Shown here: positions 12,228 through 24,390 of the stretch, one piece after another | Numbering within the stretch: the stretch's first letter is position 1 | Layout of the letters: each line of letters starts with the position of its first letter | Source of the DNA: Narcine bancroftii | Lineage: Eukaryota | Assembly: GCF_036971445.1 (NCBI RefSeq) | Contig: NC_091480.1 | Coordinates: forward strand, 12,958,001-13,022,000 | Reading direction: 5' to 3' | Length of the DNA stretch: 64,000 bases | Position numbers and translations under genes: made by a program | The notes under the pieces: generated by a model | What the model saw: the letters and a program-made list of their open reading frames with translations, nothing else | Databases searched by the model: none | Told to the model about the DNA's origin: nothing

Positions 12228-12411
12228 CAGGAATACCCCGTTTTATGAATATTTGCTTTACAAAAATTCGCTTTTACGAAAGGATTTGAATGGGTTTGCA
12301 CTTTTACGAAAATAGCCTTCAATAGTAGTGAATGGGTCTTTGCTTTACGCCATTTTGGTTTACGAAAGGTTTCACAGGAACGCTCTAGTGTCGTAAAGCA
12401 GGGTATACCTG
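12228..12411. mobile_element. Tc1/mariner (Tigger/pogo-like) MITE
   Basis: TIRs caggaataccccg ... cagggtatacctg flanked by TA; inserted in a Rex1-like 3' UTR. Confidence 0.78.
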
Positions 12412-12429
12412 TACATATCTTTTCCTTGA

Positions 12430-13070
12430 CCTATCATCCATAGGAGGTAAAGATATATTACCAATGTTTTGGGCCTGAGCCCATCTTCAAGGTATAAGCA
12501 AAGGACAGGAAGGCATCAGAACAAAGACTGAAGAATAGCCGGGGTTGGTGTCCAGACCAACAAAAGGATATGATAAGAGAAAAAGTGAGAATTGATTNNN
12601 NNNNNNNNNNNNNNNNNNNNNNNNNNNNNNNNNNNNNNNNNNNNNNNNNNNNNNNNNNNNNNNNNNNNNNNNNNNNNNNNNNNNNNNNNNNNNNNNNNNN
12701 NNNNNNNNNNNNNNNNNNNNNNNNNNNNNNNNNNNNNNNNNNNNNNNNNNNNNNNNNNNNNNNNNNNNNNNNNNNNNNNNNNNNNNNNNNNNNNNNNNNN
12801 NNNNNNNNNNNNNNNNNNNNNNNNNNNNNNNNNNNNNNNNNNNNNNNNNNNATGGGGAGGGAGTCACAGAAACCAGAAAAGTTGATGTTAATGCCATCCG
12901 GTTGGAGGGTACCCAGTCAGAAGATGAGGTGTTGTTCCTCCAATTTGCAGGTGTCTCAGTCTGCCAGTGCATGAGACCATGGACAGACACGTCAGCAAAG
13001 AAATGCGATGGGTAATTGAAATGGGTGGCCACTAGGAGATTCATGCTGTTGCAGCAAACAAAGGCTAATT
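12430..13070 (-). mobile_element. Penelope-like element 3' fragment (GIY-YIG C-terminus plus tail), spanning an assembly gap
   Basis: VATHFN...VHGL, then with a frameshift KLEEQHLIF.LGTLQPDGINI; tail motif ttgaagatgggctcaggcccaaaac. Confidence 0.72.
12598..12851. other. Assembly gap (N run)
   Basis: 254 Ns inside a Penelope-like fragment. Confidence 0.99.
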
Positions 13071-14044
13071 TTGTCAAGTAAAAGTTAATAAAGGCTAATT
13101 ACTACATTATATATCCTATTCACCTTGCCAGACATTCACCAGAACATACTTGGAGTTAAAACTGGGGTTGGAGGTACGATAGTTCGCAGCGTGTAAGGAA
13201 AAGACTTTAAGAAACCCAGCTTCGCAAGCAACAGGAGTTATGCAATGATGGTAAAAATAATCGCCATGTGCCTACTTGTTCATTTGGAAAGAAATCACTG
13301 AAACATGATTAAACAGGACAAAACTTCAAGGTCACTTCCCAGAGACCTGGAGGCAGAAGTGAACTTTGATTTCAACTTTGTAAAACTTGACATTACTCAG
13401 CAATGCAACCAGCCCTAGCTGTGTAATGTGTGCAGTCACTGACAAACACACTTCTGAGCTGGTCTCTGCCCGAAATGTAATACAGCATTAAATGAATAGA
13501 GCTCACAAAATATGTCCATGATTAACCATTCCCACCACCCCCCCCATTTATTGGTTCTTTCAGTCCTGTGCTTTCCCAATGAAAGATCCAAATTTAGCTC
13601 ATATCAGTTCCTTTCTCGGTAGTGGTTGGAGCATTACAAATAGTTTCCTGGGATCTGAGGGTTTCATTGTTCATTCGTTGAATGGTGGCATGTCTGGTAA
13701 AGCCACCATTTGCCTATAATTACACACAGGGCAGTTAAGAGTCAAACTAACCTGGGTGTAGATCTGCAGATGTTAGCCAAACCATGCAAAGATTAACAAA
13801 CGTCCTTGCACAAGAAGTTAGAGTGACTCGGCATCAAAGGATAGATATGGTCAGTCAATAATTGGGGTCAGTATCCTTTATCAAAGCAACATCTTGAATG
13901 GTCATTTATCTCCATGGATTCTGTCTGACCTACTGAGTCCCTTCATCTCCTCAAGGTTTGTTCATAGAATTCAGCATCTGTAGTTTTTGTGCAAGACACA
14001 ATTGCACCATAATCACAGCATCTGAAGACTTTCCTGTTTACCTC

Positions 14045-14410
14045 CAGATTACAACACCTTATTTTCTGTCTGGGCACCCTCCAGCCAGATGGCATGAACA
14101 TTAACTTCACTGCTTTCCATTAAATCTGGTGGCCTTTTCTTCCCCCTCCCCCATTTTCTGTCTTCCAGTGCTTCTACCTACACAGCCCTGCCTTTCCACC
14201 CCTTCCCCCTCAGAGCTGCTATCCCCTCCCTCCCTTCTCCGCCCATTATCTCCTGCTCTGATACCCCCTCTTCCCCCTCCCACTTTTTTTATTCTCACGC
14301 TCACCGGCGTTTTCTCATGCTTTGAGGAAGAGCTCAAGCTCGAAATGTCCGCCTTTGCTATGTAAAGGACACTGACCTGCTGAGAATCTCCAGCATTTTG
14401 TGTTTTTACC
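14045..14410 (+). mobile_element. Penelope-like element 3' fragment
   Basis: QHLIFCLGTLQPDGMNINF followed by a pyrimidine-rich tract and a hammerhead-like motif at 14322-14349. Confidence 0.72.
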
Positions 14411-16194
14411 GCCGCCGTGTTTGTGTTTCTTCTTTTTTTTTGTTATATTGCCCTGTTGCTACATCATCCCTGGATCTTTTAATCAAGATTACTACTGAAC
14501 AGAATTTAAATTTTTCAGCTGCTGTGATGGGATTTCATCTCCTGGTTCCAGATCTGGAGATGCTATACCCTAATGAATGCAAATTGAAAAATATCTTAAA
14601 TCCTTTTGATGCTCCATAAAAAATAGTCCCCATAAATAATTCCTGGTGAAGCGATTCCTACTACATTGCTTTAGTCGATGAGAATGCCAATGGATTTATT
14701 ATAGCATGGCATCCAGCCACCTTCAGACACTTAACAGGCCAGTGCCTCATCTGAGACTCTAAAGGTACAGTTGGAGAGAGCTCAATGAATCCACAGTGGG
14801 GATTCGCTTCCTTTTTGTCAGCTCCATTTGATGGGGATCATTATGACGTTGGCAGCACCTCAGGTCTTCAATGAACAGGAGTCCGTCTGCTTGTCCTGCG
14901 TGACCACATGGATTTCCTCTGGGCACTCCTGCTTGCACCAACATCCTAAAGACGTGCAGGTTAGGGTGCCAACTAGCCACCTTAAATTTCCCTGTGAATG
15001 CTGGTCCCTGTGCAAAGTTAATGAGAATGTGGAGCAACGCAAACAAAAATTAATGGACACAAGTGGCATGAATTCAAAGGTCCAAAGGGCCTATTTTCAT
15101 TCTACACGTCACCATGAATCTCTAATTATTGCTTATTGCTAACTGAACTTAATAGTATGCATGTAAGACCATCTTAGAGGGTCAACGATGGATCTGGAAT
15201 CACACATATCTGCACTGGGTAAGATTTCAGATTTATCGTCAGTGTACACACATATAACCCTGAGATTCTTCTTCCTGCAGGTGAGGCAGAATCACCACTT
15301 GCTGGTAGTACAAGAAAAACAAAACTGTGCACAATGTATAAAAAACTAAAGGCACATAAACAAACTGACTGAGCAATACATCGAGAGAATGTTTTTAAAA
15401 AAAAAAATCAAGAAAGTGCACAAGTAAGAGTCCTTGAATGAGTCCCTGATTGAGTTTGTTACTGAGTCTGAGGGTGGAGGGGGAGCAGCTGTTCCTGAAC
15501 CTGGTGTGAGCCATGTGACACCAACACCTCATTCCTGATGGCAGCAGCGAGTGGTGTGGATCAGTGAATCTGGTAGGCTTAAACAACAATCTGTGAGTTT
15601 CATGATCATGGTTCCAGGTTCATCTAATTATTATGTACATTTCAGATCCACAGTTGGACCATTTATAGCCCAGTTAGTGAAAGAGAGTGGAAGTGGAAAG
15701 AGAGACAGCAAGCTTGAGAGAGAGGATTCAAGAGCCAACGCCACAAGTCTGGTTCATATGGTGGAGGGATGAACTTGAGTTGCCTTGACGATACACGGGG
15801 GAGGGGGGTGGGGGGGCGGCAAGGACACATCAGGAAGTGGGTGAGGGAGGACAGCATCCGGGAGATAATCCCTGATCCACCACCCAGCTGGAGAAGGCAG
15901 GAGGGGGGGGAAAAAATAACGTTGCCGAAACTACTCAAATTCTGCATAATCGTCAAAGCAGATTTCAGGGAAATCATCTCTGCATCTGTTACAATTAGTG
16001 ACGAGTTCATCGAAAGATTGTTCCAAACTTCTTCAAAGAAAAGAAATAAGTGGAAATCTCAGCAGTCAGTACATATACTGTTGTCACCTCCCTATTTCCA
16101 GAGTTCTGGCTTTTTCCTTTACATCCTTGTTCTTGGAGGGGAAAAATTTATTGACCAAAATTGTTTCAGGCCCGGAGACTTCATTGATGTAGGC

Positions 16195-16326
16195 CCGTGG
16201 TTCTCAACCTTTTTCTTTCCACTCACATACCACTTTAAGTATTCCCTATGCCATCGGTGCTCTGTGATTAGTAAGGGATTGCTTAAGGTGGGATGTGAGT
16301 GGAAAGAAAAAGGTTGAGAACCACTG
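16195..16326. mobile_element. hAT/Charlie-like palindromic MITE (132 bp)
   Basis: Long TIRs c(c)gtggttctcaacctttttctttccactcacat / atgtgagtggaaagaaaaaggttgagaaccactg; imperfect 8-bp TSD atgtaggc / atgagggc. A partial copy lies at ~27998-28066. Confidence 0.8.
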
Positions 16327-16861
16327 ATGAGGGCTAAAGAAGCTGTGGAGGAGGGAGTGTGAGAGGAGACTTGATAGGCATTTAAATTCATGAAGTGCTT
16401 TGGCAGGTTTACTTTTTAATTGAGGGATACAGCTCAGTAACAGACCCTTCCAGCCCATAAGCCTGTGCCACCCAAATACATGTAATTAACCTTCTAACCC
16501 TGTACATCCTTTAAACAGCGGGAGGAAACACGAGCACCCAGATGAAACCCACAGACATGGACAGAATGTACAAATTCCTCACAGACAGCAGCGGATTCAA
16601 ACTCAAGGCGCCAGCACTAACCACCACGGTAACCTTGCCGCCTGGTTACGTACAAACTCATTTTACAGCATCTGGGAGTCACCGGCAGCATTTGTTATCC
16701 ATTCATAATTGCCCTTAAGCAAGTGGTGGTGAGCTTCCTTCAAGAGACAGCAAAAGTGACGAGGCACCAATCTGCTTGGACCTTCTTACTCACCGATTAA
16801 CAGGCAACTTCAACAGTACGTGCTCAATGTCAAAAACAGAGTCGGCAGATGCTGGAATATC

Positions 16862-17580
16862 AAGTCAAGTCAAGTCACCTTTATTTATCGTTCATACCAT
16901 GCTCACACGGTAAAGATGAGAAAGTGTTGCTCCAGGGCCACGGACCATAAATATTAGTTACAACAGAAGTTAAACACATTGAAATATTAAAATATTAAGA
17001 TATAAACAGGAACAGTCCATGGTTCACTATCCACAAATATTCTGGGAATTCAGGAGTTTAATGGCTTTGGGGGGGGGGGGAAACTGTTGCCCAACCTGGA
17101 CACAAGGGCCCAAGTGCTGCAAGTACCTCCTACCAGATGGCAGAAGAGTTTATCTGAGGGGTGTGTGGAGTCCTTCACAATGTGTATTGCCTTTCGCCTG
17201 CATCGAGTGTTGTACATGTCCTTCATGGTAGGAAGAGAGCCCCCAATGATCTTTTCCTCTGACTTCACTGTCCTCTGGAGGGTCTTGTAGTCCGAGGAGG
17301 TACAACTTCCAAACCAGTTGCGCAGGATGCTCTCGATATATCCTCTGTAGAACGTAGTGAGGATGGAAGGTGGGAGATGAGCTCTCGTCAGCTTTTGCAG
17401 GAAGTAGAGACGCTGCTGGGGTTTCTTGGCTATGGAGCTGGTGTAAAGGGACCAGGCGAGATTCTTCAAGTACACTCCAAGGAACTTGATACTCTTGACA
17501 ACCTCAAAGGTGGAGCCATCAACGCCCAGTGGATCCTGGTCTCCCTGGGGCCTCCTGAAGTCGACGACCATCTCTTTCAT
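16862..17580 (-). mobile_element. Rex1/Babar-like LINE fragment
   Basis: KEMVVDFRR...KFLGV...QQRLYFL...TFYRGYIESIL; tail aataaa...(acttg)n. Confidence 0.8.
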
Positions 17581-19066
17581 TTTTTTTAAACGTATGAAGA
17601 TGAGGCATTAAACAATCTGCTGAAGGCGCTCAGCAGGTCATGGAAAATCAGTGGGAGAAAAAGGATCAAGTTACTCTTGATGAAGGGATCCAACCCAAAA
17701 TGTTGATGGTCATGCATCATCCATAGGAAGGGTAACTAACGTTTTGGATGGACCCATGTCCAAAACATTGGTTTCCCTTTCCTTCCTATGGATGCTGCAT
17801 GACCGGCTGATTTCTCCAGCACTTTCGTGTATCTCCAGCATCTGGAGACTTTGTTTAACTCAATGGCTTTTCTGCTCAACGTCACTGGACCAGGAAACTA
17901 TTCTCCAATTTGACCAATGAATACATTTTGTCCAAACACAAAATCCTGCCTGGGATGTTTTGCATGCAATTATTCCTGTTCTCTACAGTGAACAAAGCAA
18001 GTAATACAAAGCAAATTAAGTGAGCACTCGGAGGAACTAGGCCATGCATACCTCTCAGATTACAATTGCCCACAGAATAACTGAGAGGAAATTAAATGTC
18101 AATATTAATTATTAATATATTGTCCTATACAGGTGGCACGCTTAGCACTGACTGTAAGGAGTTTGTACGTCCTGTCCTCCCTGTGTCTGCGTGGGTCTCC
18201 TCCCACTGTTCAAAATGTACAAGGATTGTAAGCTAATTGGGGCATTTGGGGGGCATGGGCTGGTGGTCCGGAAGGGCCTGCGATGGTGCTGTTTATAAAT
18301 AAATTTTAAAATTAAGTTTTGCCTTTATAATCCCATCAATCGATCATCAGGCAGAAATAGGTCAAAAATAATTAGGATACAAATCTCTAATTAGCTCAGC
18401 ATGGACCTGATTGGCACCTTTCCATTCTGCACCATTCCACAATCTCATTAAGGGTTTTCCATTTTCTCTCACTCCTGCTAACACTTCTTAATACCCCCCC
18501 AAAGCTGGTGAAAGTGACATGCTGGTTCCAAGCCAAATTCAGCTCTGGTTACCAAGACATCATCCCATTCATTATTCAGGAAGATTGAAATTACTTTCTC
18601 TGCGGCAGAATTTCCCCCAACTTCTCATCATGGTTTACTCCTCCCAGAGGTCCTGGTGTTAAAGGAGCACGATGCCTATTTAAAGAGGGAACAGTGTGTG
18701 AAGGTACACCTTGCACCGAAAGAAGAAGCCTCGAACTGGAAAATATTTTGTCTCCCACTTAGCCCCTTCCAGCTGAGGTACATTCCAAGATGCTCCAACT
18801 GTAATTGTGTCCACACATTGATCCATTTTCTACCAAATGATCATCTTTCCATTGAAAGCATTGTGAAGACAATACTTCAATATTTACAAGCTCGTGCCAC
18901 CCAAATACCCAATTAACCTACAACCTCTATACATTTTGAAAGGTGGGAGGTAACCGGAGCACACAGAGGAAACCCACAGATATGGGGAGAATGTACAATC
19001 TCCTAACAGACACCACCTGATTTGAACCCAGGTCACTGGGGCTGCAATAATGTTGTGCTAACCATA

Positions 19067-19937
19067 TCTAATATATATTTGTGCATGTATGTCTGTTCTC
19101 CACGCAAATCAATACGGAGCACTCTCGAAATGTGCAAGGAGGTTCAGTCGGGGTAACAGTTGATACTGAATGTCATGACCACATTGAAGATCAGCTTTAA
19201 GGTCATATGAAGTTCAAAAGTGTTTTTGTGACCAGCTAGGACTGACTTGCATTACTGTTTACTATAATTGTGGTAACACTTGATGCTAAAGGTCATGACC
19301 ACATTGAATTTAACCTTTTAATTCATATAAAGTTCGAAAGAAATTGAACTTGCCCCAGGGACACCTCGATTAGTTACAGAGCTGTGCATCAATGTAGATT
19401 TAGAATAAAAACAAGTGGCCAAAGCCCATCAGGCCCGCCTCAGTGCTCAGGCCTCCAGACAAACAAGGAGCGGGCAGCAGGAAACTGAGGAACAACGCCA
19501 AGCCCGCCTCAGTGCTGATGCCGCCGGGCACTCCACGAGCAGACAACAAGAGTCTGCTGAGGAAGAACAACCAAGACTCCAAGCATTGCAGACAAAAGCC
19601 ACCAGCTGAAGGGCAGCGCCATTTACTATAGCCAACCTGCTAAAAGCTGCATTCACAATGACTCAGTTGACATTGAGTGTTCTTCCATTAATGGAGTTGT
19701 AATTGGCAATATTGTGGAGCAAGGAAGTGGAAAGGTGAAACGCCATGTTCCAATGGAAAACTGAGTACTGGGCGAGCCTCCACAGTCGTTGAAAATGCTG
19801 CTGCTCGTCACCACAGCAGAGACCAAACATTTCCTAAAGGTGACCAGAGCCTACAACCCAGCATTTCAGATGATATCTTGTGGAGCCAACAACAACGGTG
19901 TGTTTTATTTCCCTGGCAATGCCGAGTATGCTGCTAG
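19067..19937 (+). mobile_element. Internally deleted Helitron
   Basis: 5' A|TCtaatatatat and 3' ccctggcaatgccgagt...CTAG|T (subterminal hairpin relic, AT insertion site, no TSD). Decayed RepHel N-terminus: ETEEQRQARLSADAA repeats, YCGARKWKGETP-CSNGK zinc motif, PPQSLKMLL...TKHFLKVTRAYNPAFQMISCGA. Confidence 0.82.
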
Positions 19938-20784
19938 TCTAATAATAAAGGGTTTACATAAAATGCCAATTTAAAATTCTGCCAATTTTTTCGCTGCATT
20001 GAAGTCACCATACAGCAAATTGCAAATTCTACATCTCACCCAAACTTGCAGAGCAGGTTAGATATATTTAAAAAAACACCTTTAATGCTGATAACAATTG
20101 TTGATTCAGAAAGACAGCTTCCTTCCTTCCCCTTTGCAAGGAAACCGTGTCACGAAGAGTTAATCTTATAGTGCAAACAGAGGGAAGCTGCAGTTGAAAA
20201 CTAATAAAAATGCCGACGTTGGAAATGCTGAGCAGGTCTGGCAGCACCTGGGACAGGGGAACAGATTACGTTTCAGGTGAAAGACTGTTCATCAGAACTG
20301 GGGAAGAGAGAAGACTGAGAAATTGAGCAAGTTCGCTCCAAGTCAGAGGATGGATGGGACAAAGAATCTCCCTGGCAGGGTGAGGTCAAGGTTGCCATGG
20401 TGATAAGCTGTTTATGAAGTCCTCCAGATAATAGGTTATAGGTTAGTGAGGCCAATTAGAGAAACAGAAAATACATATGTATGAAATGCAGTAAGGGTGC
20501 AGGGAAAAATCCAGCAGGCTCAGGCGAGGTTAGTGGAGGGAGTTAAAACAAGTTAATATTATTTTTTTTAAACCAAAATAGTACATATTCACAATAAATT
20601 ATTTACCAAAGTAAAACCGTTCAAAGTCTGCTCCCATCCATACATTCACGTCACTGGATTGTAGCATTCGATTCTGTTTACACTACTGCCACCACAGTAG
20701 CACCTTCTCCCCCACCCCACCCCCATTTGAGAGGCAGATAACCTGCAGCAAAACCGGCCAATTCTGATGCATGACATTTTTGAA

Positions 20785-21485
20785 TACCCCGATGTAAAGC
20801 CGCATATTCTACCCCTATGCGGCTCTCGGGGTACCCACCTGAAAGAGCAGGAGGCGCTTCCGAGGCACACTTTCTAACCCTCCTCCAGGAGGGATAATCA
20901 CCGGAGCACTGAAGTCCCCTTAGGCACCTGAATTCAGCTGCCCGAAAGCTTCAGTGTATTGGAGTCTGAGTGCACTCCGAGGCACCTCCCTTCAGCTGTT
21001 CCTTTCAGGTGGACAGCGCAGCGCTTTCAGGGCTGCCACATGAATGCCGATTCCAAAGCTCTGCATCCGCTTCTGCAGGCGCATTCTTGGCGGGGTGAGA
21101 GGGGGGAGAATGAACCTGAAAGCGGATTTTGATTCTGAGCACTGGCCATCTGAAATGGACAGCTTCACGGGAGGCGCCTCAGAGTGCACTCCGGCTTCTA
21201 TCCCTTCGGGCTGTCAGGATTGGGGCAGCTGGCTGTCAGAGTTGGGGCAGCTGGTGCAGGTTGTCAGTGGTGGGGCAGCCAGCATGGAACAACCCCACAC
21301 TGATCCCACTGCCCTGTGCTCTCCCCACAGCCCTGTATCAATTTCTACACTGATCCCACAGCCAGCATGGCGATTATCCCTCCCGGAGAAGGGTTACAAA
21401 GTTCGCCTCACATGCGTCTCCTGCGCTTCCAAGTGGCCTCCCACAGCCGCATATGAGTATATTGTACGGCTTTACATCAGGGGAT
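20785..21485. mobile_element. Foldback-type non-autonomous element of uncertain superfamily
   Basis: Diverged inverted arms: ccccgatgtaaagccg...ggagggataatc (20787-20900) versus gattatccctcc...cggctttacatcagggg (21372-21483), and an inner pair at ~20967-21020 versus ~21138-21195. Recurrent cacctgaaa/tttcaggtg motif. Confidence 0.6.
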
Positions 21486-21827
21486 TTTGGCATAGCCAGC
21501 ACTTTTTTCCCCAGGGTAGGAATAGCAAACACCAGGGGACATATCAGCAAAGTGAAGGGAGGAAAATTTAGGGGAGACATCAAGGGTAGGTTTTCTTCCA
21601 CAGAGAGTTGTGGATGCCTGGAATACCTTCCCAGGGTTGGTGGTGGAGGCTGAAACAGTAGCGGATTCTTAGACAGGCACATGAATGAAAGAAAAACAGA
21701 GGGTTACGAGGTTGGAAGGGTTTAGTATTTATTTTGGTAGCAATATATAGGCCGGCACAACATCGAGGACAGAAGGATTTGTATTGTGCTGTAGCGTTCT
21801 CTGTTATTTTAGGAGGAGATATCAGCG

Positions 21828-22447
21828 AGTACAGGGCTGTTGTCATACCCACGCTCCTGTTCGGCTCCGAATCATGGGTCCTCTACCGGCATCACCTACG
21901 GCTCCTAGAACGCTACCACCAGCGTTGTCTCTGCTCCATCCTCAACATTCGTTGGAGCGACTTCATCTCCAACATCGAAGTACTCGAGATGGCAGAGGCC
22001 GACAGCATCGAATCCACGCTGCTGAAGACCCAACTGCGCTGGGTGGGTCACGTCTCCAGAATGGAGGACCATCGCCTTCTCAAGATCGTGTTCTATGGCG
22101 AGCTCTCCACTGGCCACCAAGACAAGAAGAGGTACAAGGACTGTTTAAAGAAATCTCTTGGTGCCTGCCACATTGACCACCGCCAGTGGGCTGATCTTGC
22201 CTCCAACCGTGCATCTTGGCGCCTCAGTTCGGCGGGCAGCAACCTCCTTTGAAGAAGACCGCAGAGCCCACCTCACTGACAAAAGACAAAGGAGGAAAAG
22301 CCCAACACCCAACCCCAACCCACCAATTTTCCCCTGCAACCGTGCCTGCCTGTCCCGCATCGGACTTGTCAGTCACCAACGAGCCTGCAGCAGACGTGGA
22401 CGTACCCCTCCATTAATCTTCGTCCACGAAGCCAAGCCAAAGAAGAA
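21828..22447 (+). mobile_element. 5'-truncated RTE copy (same family as 2972-8959)
   Basis: YRAVVIPTLLFGSESW...QLRWVGHVSRMEDHRL; ends cttcgtccacgaagccaagccaaagaaga. Confidence 0.92.
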
Positions 22448-23864
22448 AGAAAGACAGATGTATTGGATCAAAAAGGGAGAGGGTGAAGAGACAAGAATAG
22501 CTGTCAATGAGGGCACCCAAACACCTGTGTTGCCTATTAATTGGCAGCAGCACAAGGGGCTGCAGACTCTGGGGAAGCGAAGGACTGGAGCAGGGCACCA
22601 GAGGACAGGAAACCCCCCTCCCCCATCTGAGAGGGAGAGGAGAAGGCCCACGGTGGACCACCATTGAGGGGGCTCTGCTCCTGAGGGACCAGTGCACGCG
22701 GCGGGCTGTCAGCGACTCGAGGCAAGGAACCTGTGTGCCGCCGGAGAACACTGTCAGGAGACCCATGCCGGGGCTGCCGACTGCTGGAGACCGGCTCGAA
22801 ATGGCTGGAGGGGTAGCAGGTATCAGAAGTGGGATGCGAGGAGGTGCCAAGGGCGCTGCAGGGCTCCTGACCATGCTGGAGGTTCGGATCTGGAGCTTGG
22901 GTTTCCAATGGAGACAAATCTACACACACTCAGTGACTCGGGAGGTGGGGGGGGCGGGGGGTCGCTCTCTTACTGTAAGAGACAGTTAGGCAGTTCCTGC
23001 TGGTAGTGAATTTGTCTCCTTGCAGTAGGCAAAAAGAAATTTCATGTAATATAACACGGTTTTATCACAACAATAAATTGAGTCTTGAATACATCAGAGC
23101 ATGCACTCAAGTAATATGGATGGACCACAAAACCAGGAGCGAGAATGTGAACCAGAAAACATTGCAAAGAATTCATTAAAAAAGTTAACGTCATTCCAAA
23201 CACTGAGCACTCCAGAGATCTGCCAGAGGTTGAGCAGCTTTAAATCTGGTTTTTTTTAAATTCATGTCTATAGCCAGGAGTATTTTAAAGAGTATTCTTC
23301 ACATCCGTTTTATTTGAAATTCAATCTCCACCATACTGGACTATTCCCTCAACTCTCCTATTGCAAAGGTTCATGATTCAATGTAACTTTGTGGTTTCAA
23401 TGTAGTCTACAATATTTTATTGGCTTTACTGCAACACAGAGAAGGCACAAAAGCAAGGATATATGCATCATTTCCTTGATTTCAGTGGGACTGAATTTCA
23501 GAAGCAGCTTTCAATATGCGCTTCAATAGCGCGAACAGCAAATAATTAACCTCTATTCCCACAGCACCCTCCCAGTCAAAATGTTCTGTGAGATTATCAC
23601 ATAATTTCACTAGAACGAATCCTGGCCCCAAAAGGTTCGTGCCAGACTAGATCTGTATTCCAATCAGTAAAGAAGATTAGTCATGGCAGAACTGAAGCAG
23701 TTAAATTGCATAGATTGTATTGAATTAGCTCAATGGCACAGATTGGAGACCTGCTGATTCAAAGCACCAGCCACCTGTACGGTCCTCAGCTCGACTGCTG
23801 CCCACGTGGATTTTTCACTGCATGGGTTTCCCTGAGTTCTTTGGCTTCCTCCCACACCAGAAAA

Positions 23865-24390
23865 TATATAAACATACAAATACTAGAGAAACTCAGCAGG
23901 TCAGACAGTGCCTTGAGGTAGCAAAGGTGAAGATATATCACCAACGCTTCGGGCTTGAGCCCTTCATCAAGGTGTGTCCGAACAAAGAGAGGGGGGGGAA
24001 CGGTGAGGGTGGGAGATGATAGGAAAGGGGGGGGGGGGGGTGGAGAGAAAGGAAATAGGAACTGGAATAACTAGTTAAAAGGGGGGGGGGGGGAGGGAAA
24101 AGGCAAGCTGATTAGTGGAATGCAGTGAACTCAATGTTCATGCCCTGGGGTTGGAGGGTGCCCAGACAAAAAATGAAGTGTTGTCCCTCCAATCTGCAGG
24201 TGATCAGGGTGGGGTAGTGTGAAAGGCCATGGACGGACATGTGAGCTTGAGAGTGTGATTCAGAATTGAAATGGTTGGCCACTGGGAGGTCGCTTACGCT
24301 TCAGACAGAGAGGAGGTGCTGGGCGAAGCGATCTCGTAATCCGTCACCGACCGGTTTCTCCGATGTAGAGAAGGCCACAGAGGGTGCACC
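23865..24390 (-). mobile_element. Penelope-like element 3' fragment
   Basis: LRDRFAQHL...PVANHFNS...HFIFCLGTLQPQGMNIEF; hammerhead-like motif at 23941-23975. Other tails at ~30660-30830, 36160-36500 and 59020-59400. Confidence 0.75.

Noticed and set aside
12487-13077. ORFs crossing N runs (also 37822-38518)
   Set aside because: Artefacts of translating assembly gaps.
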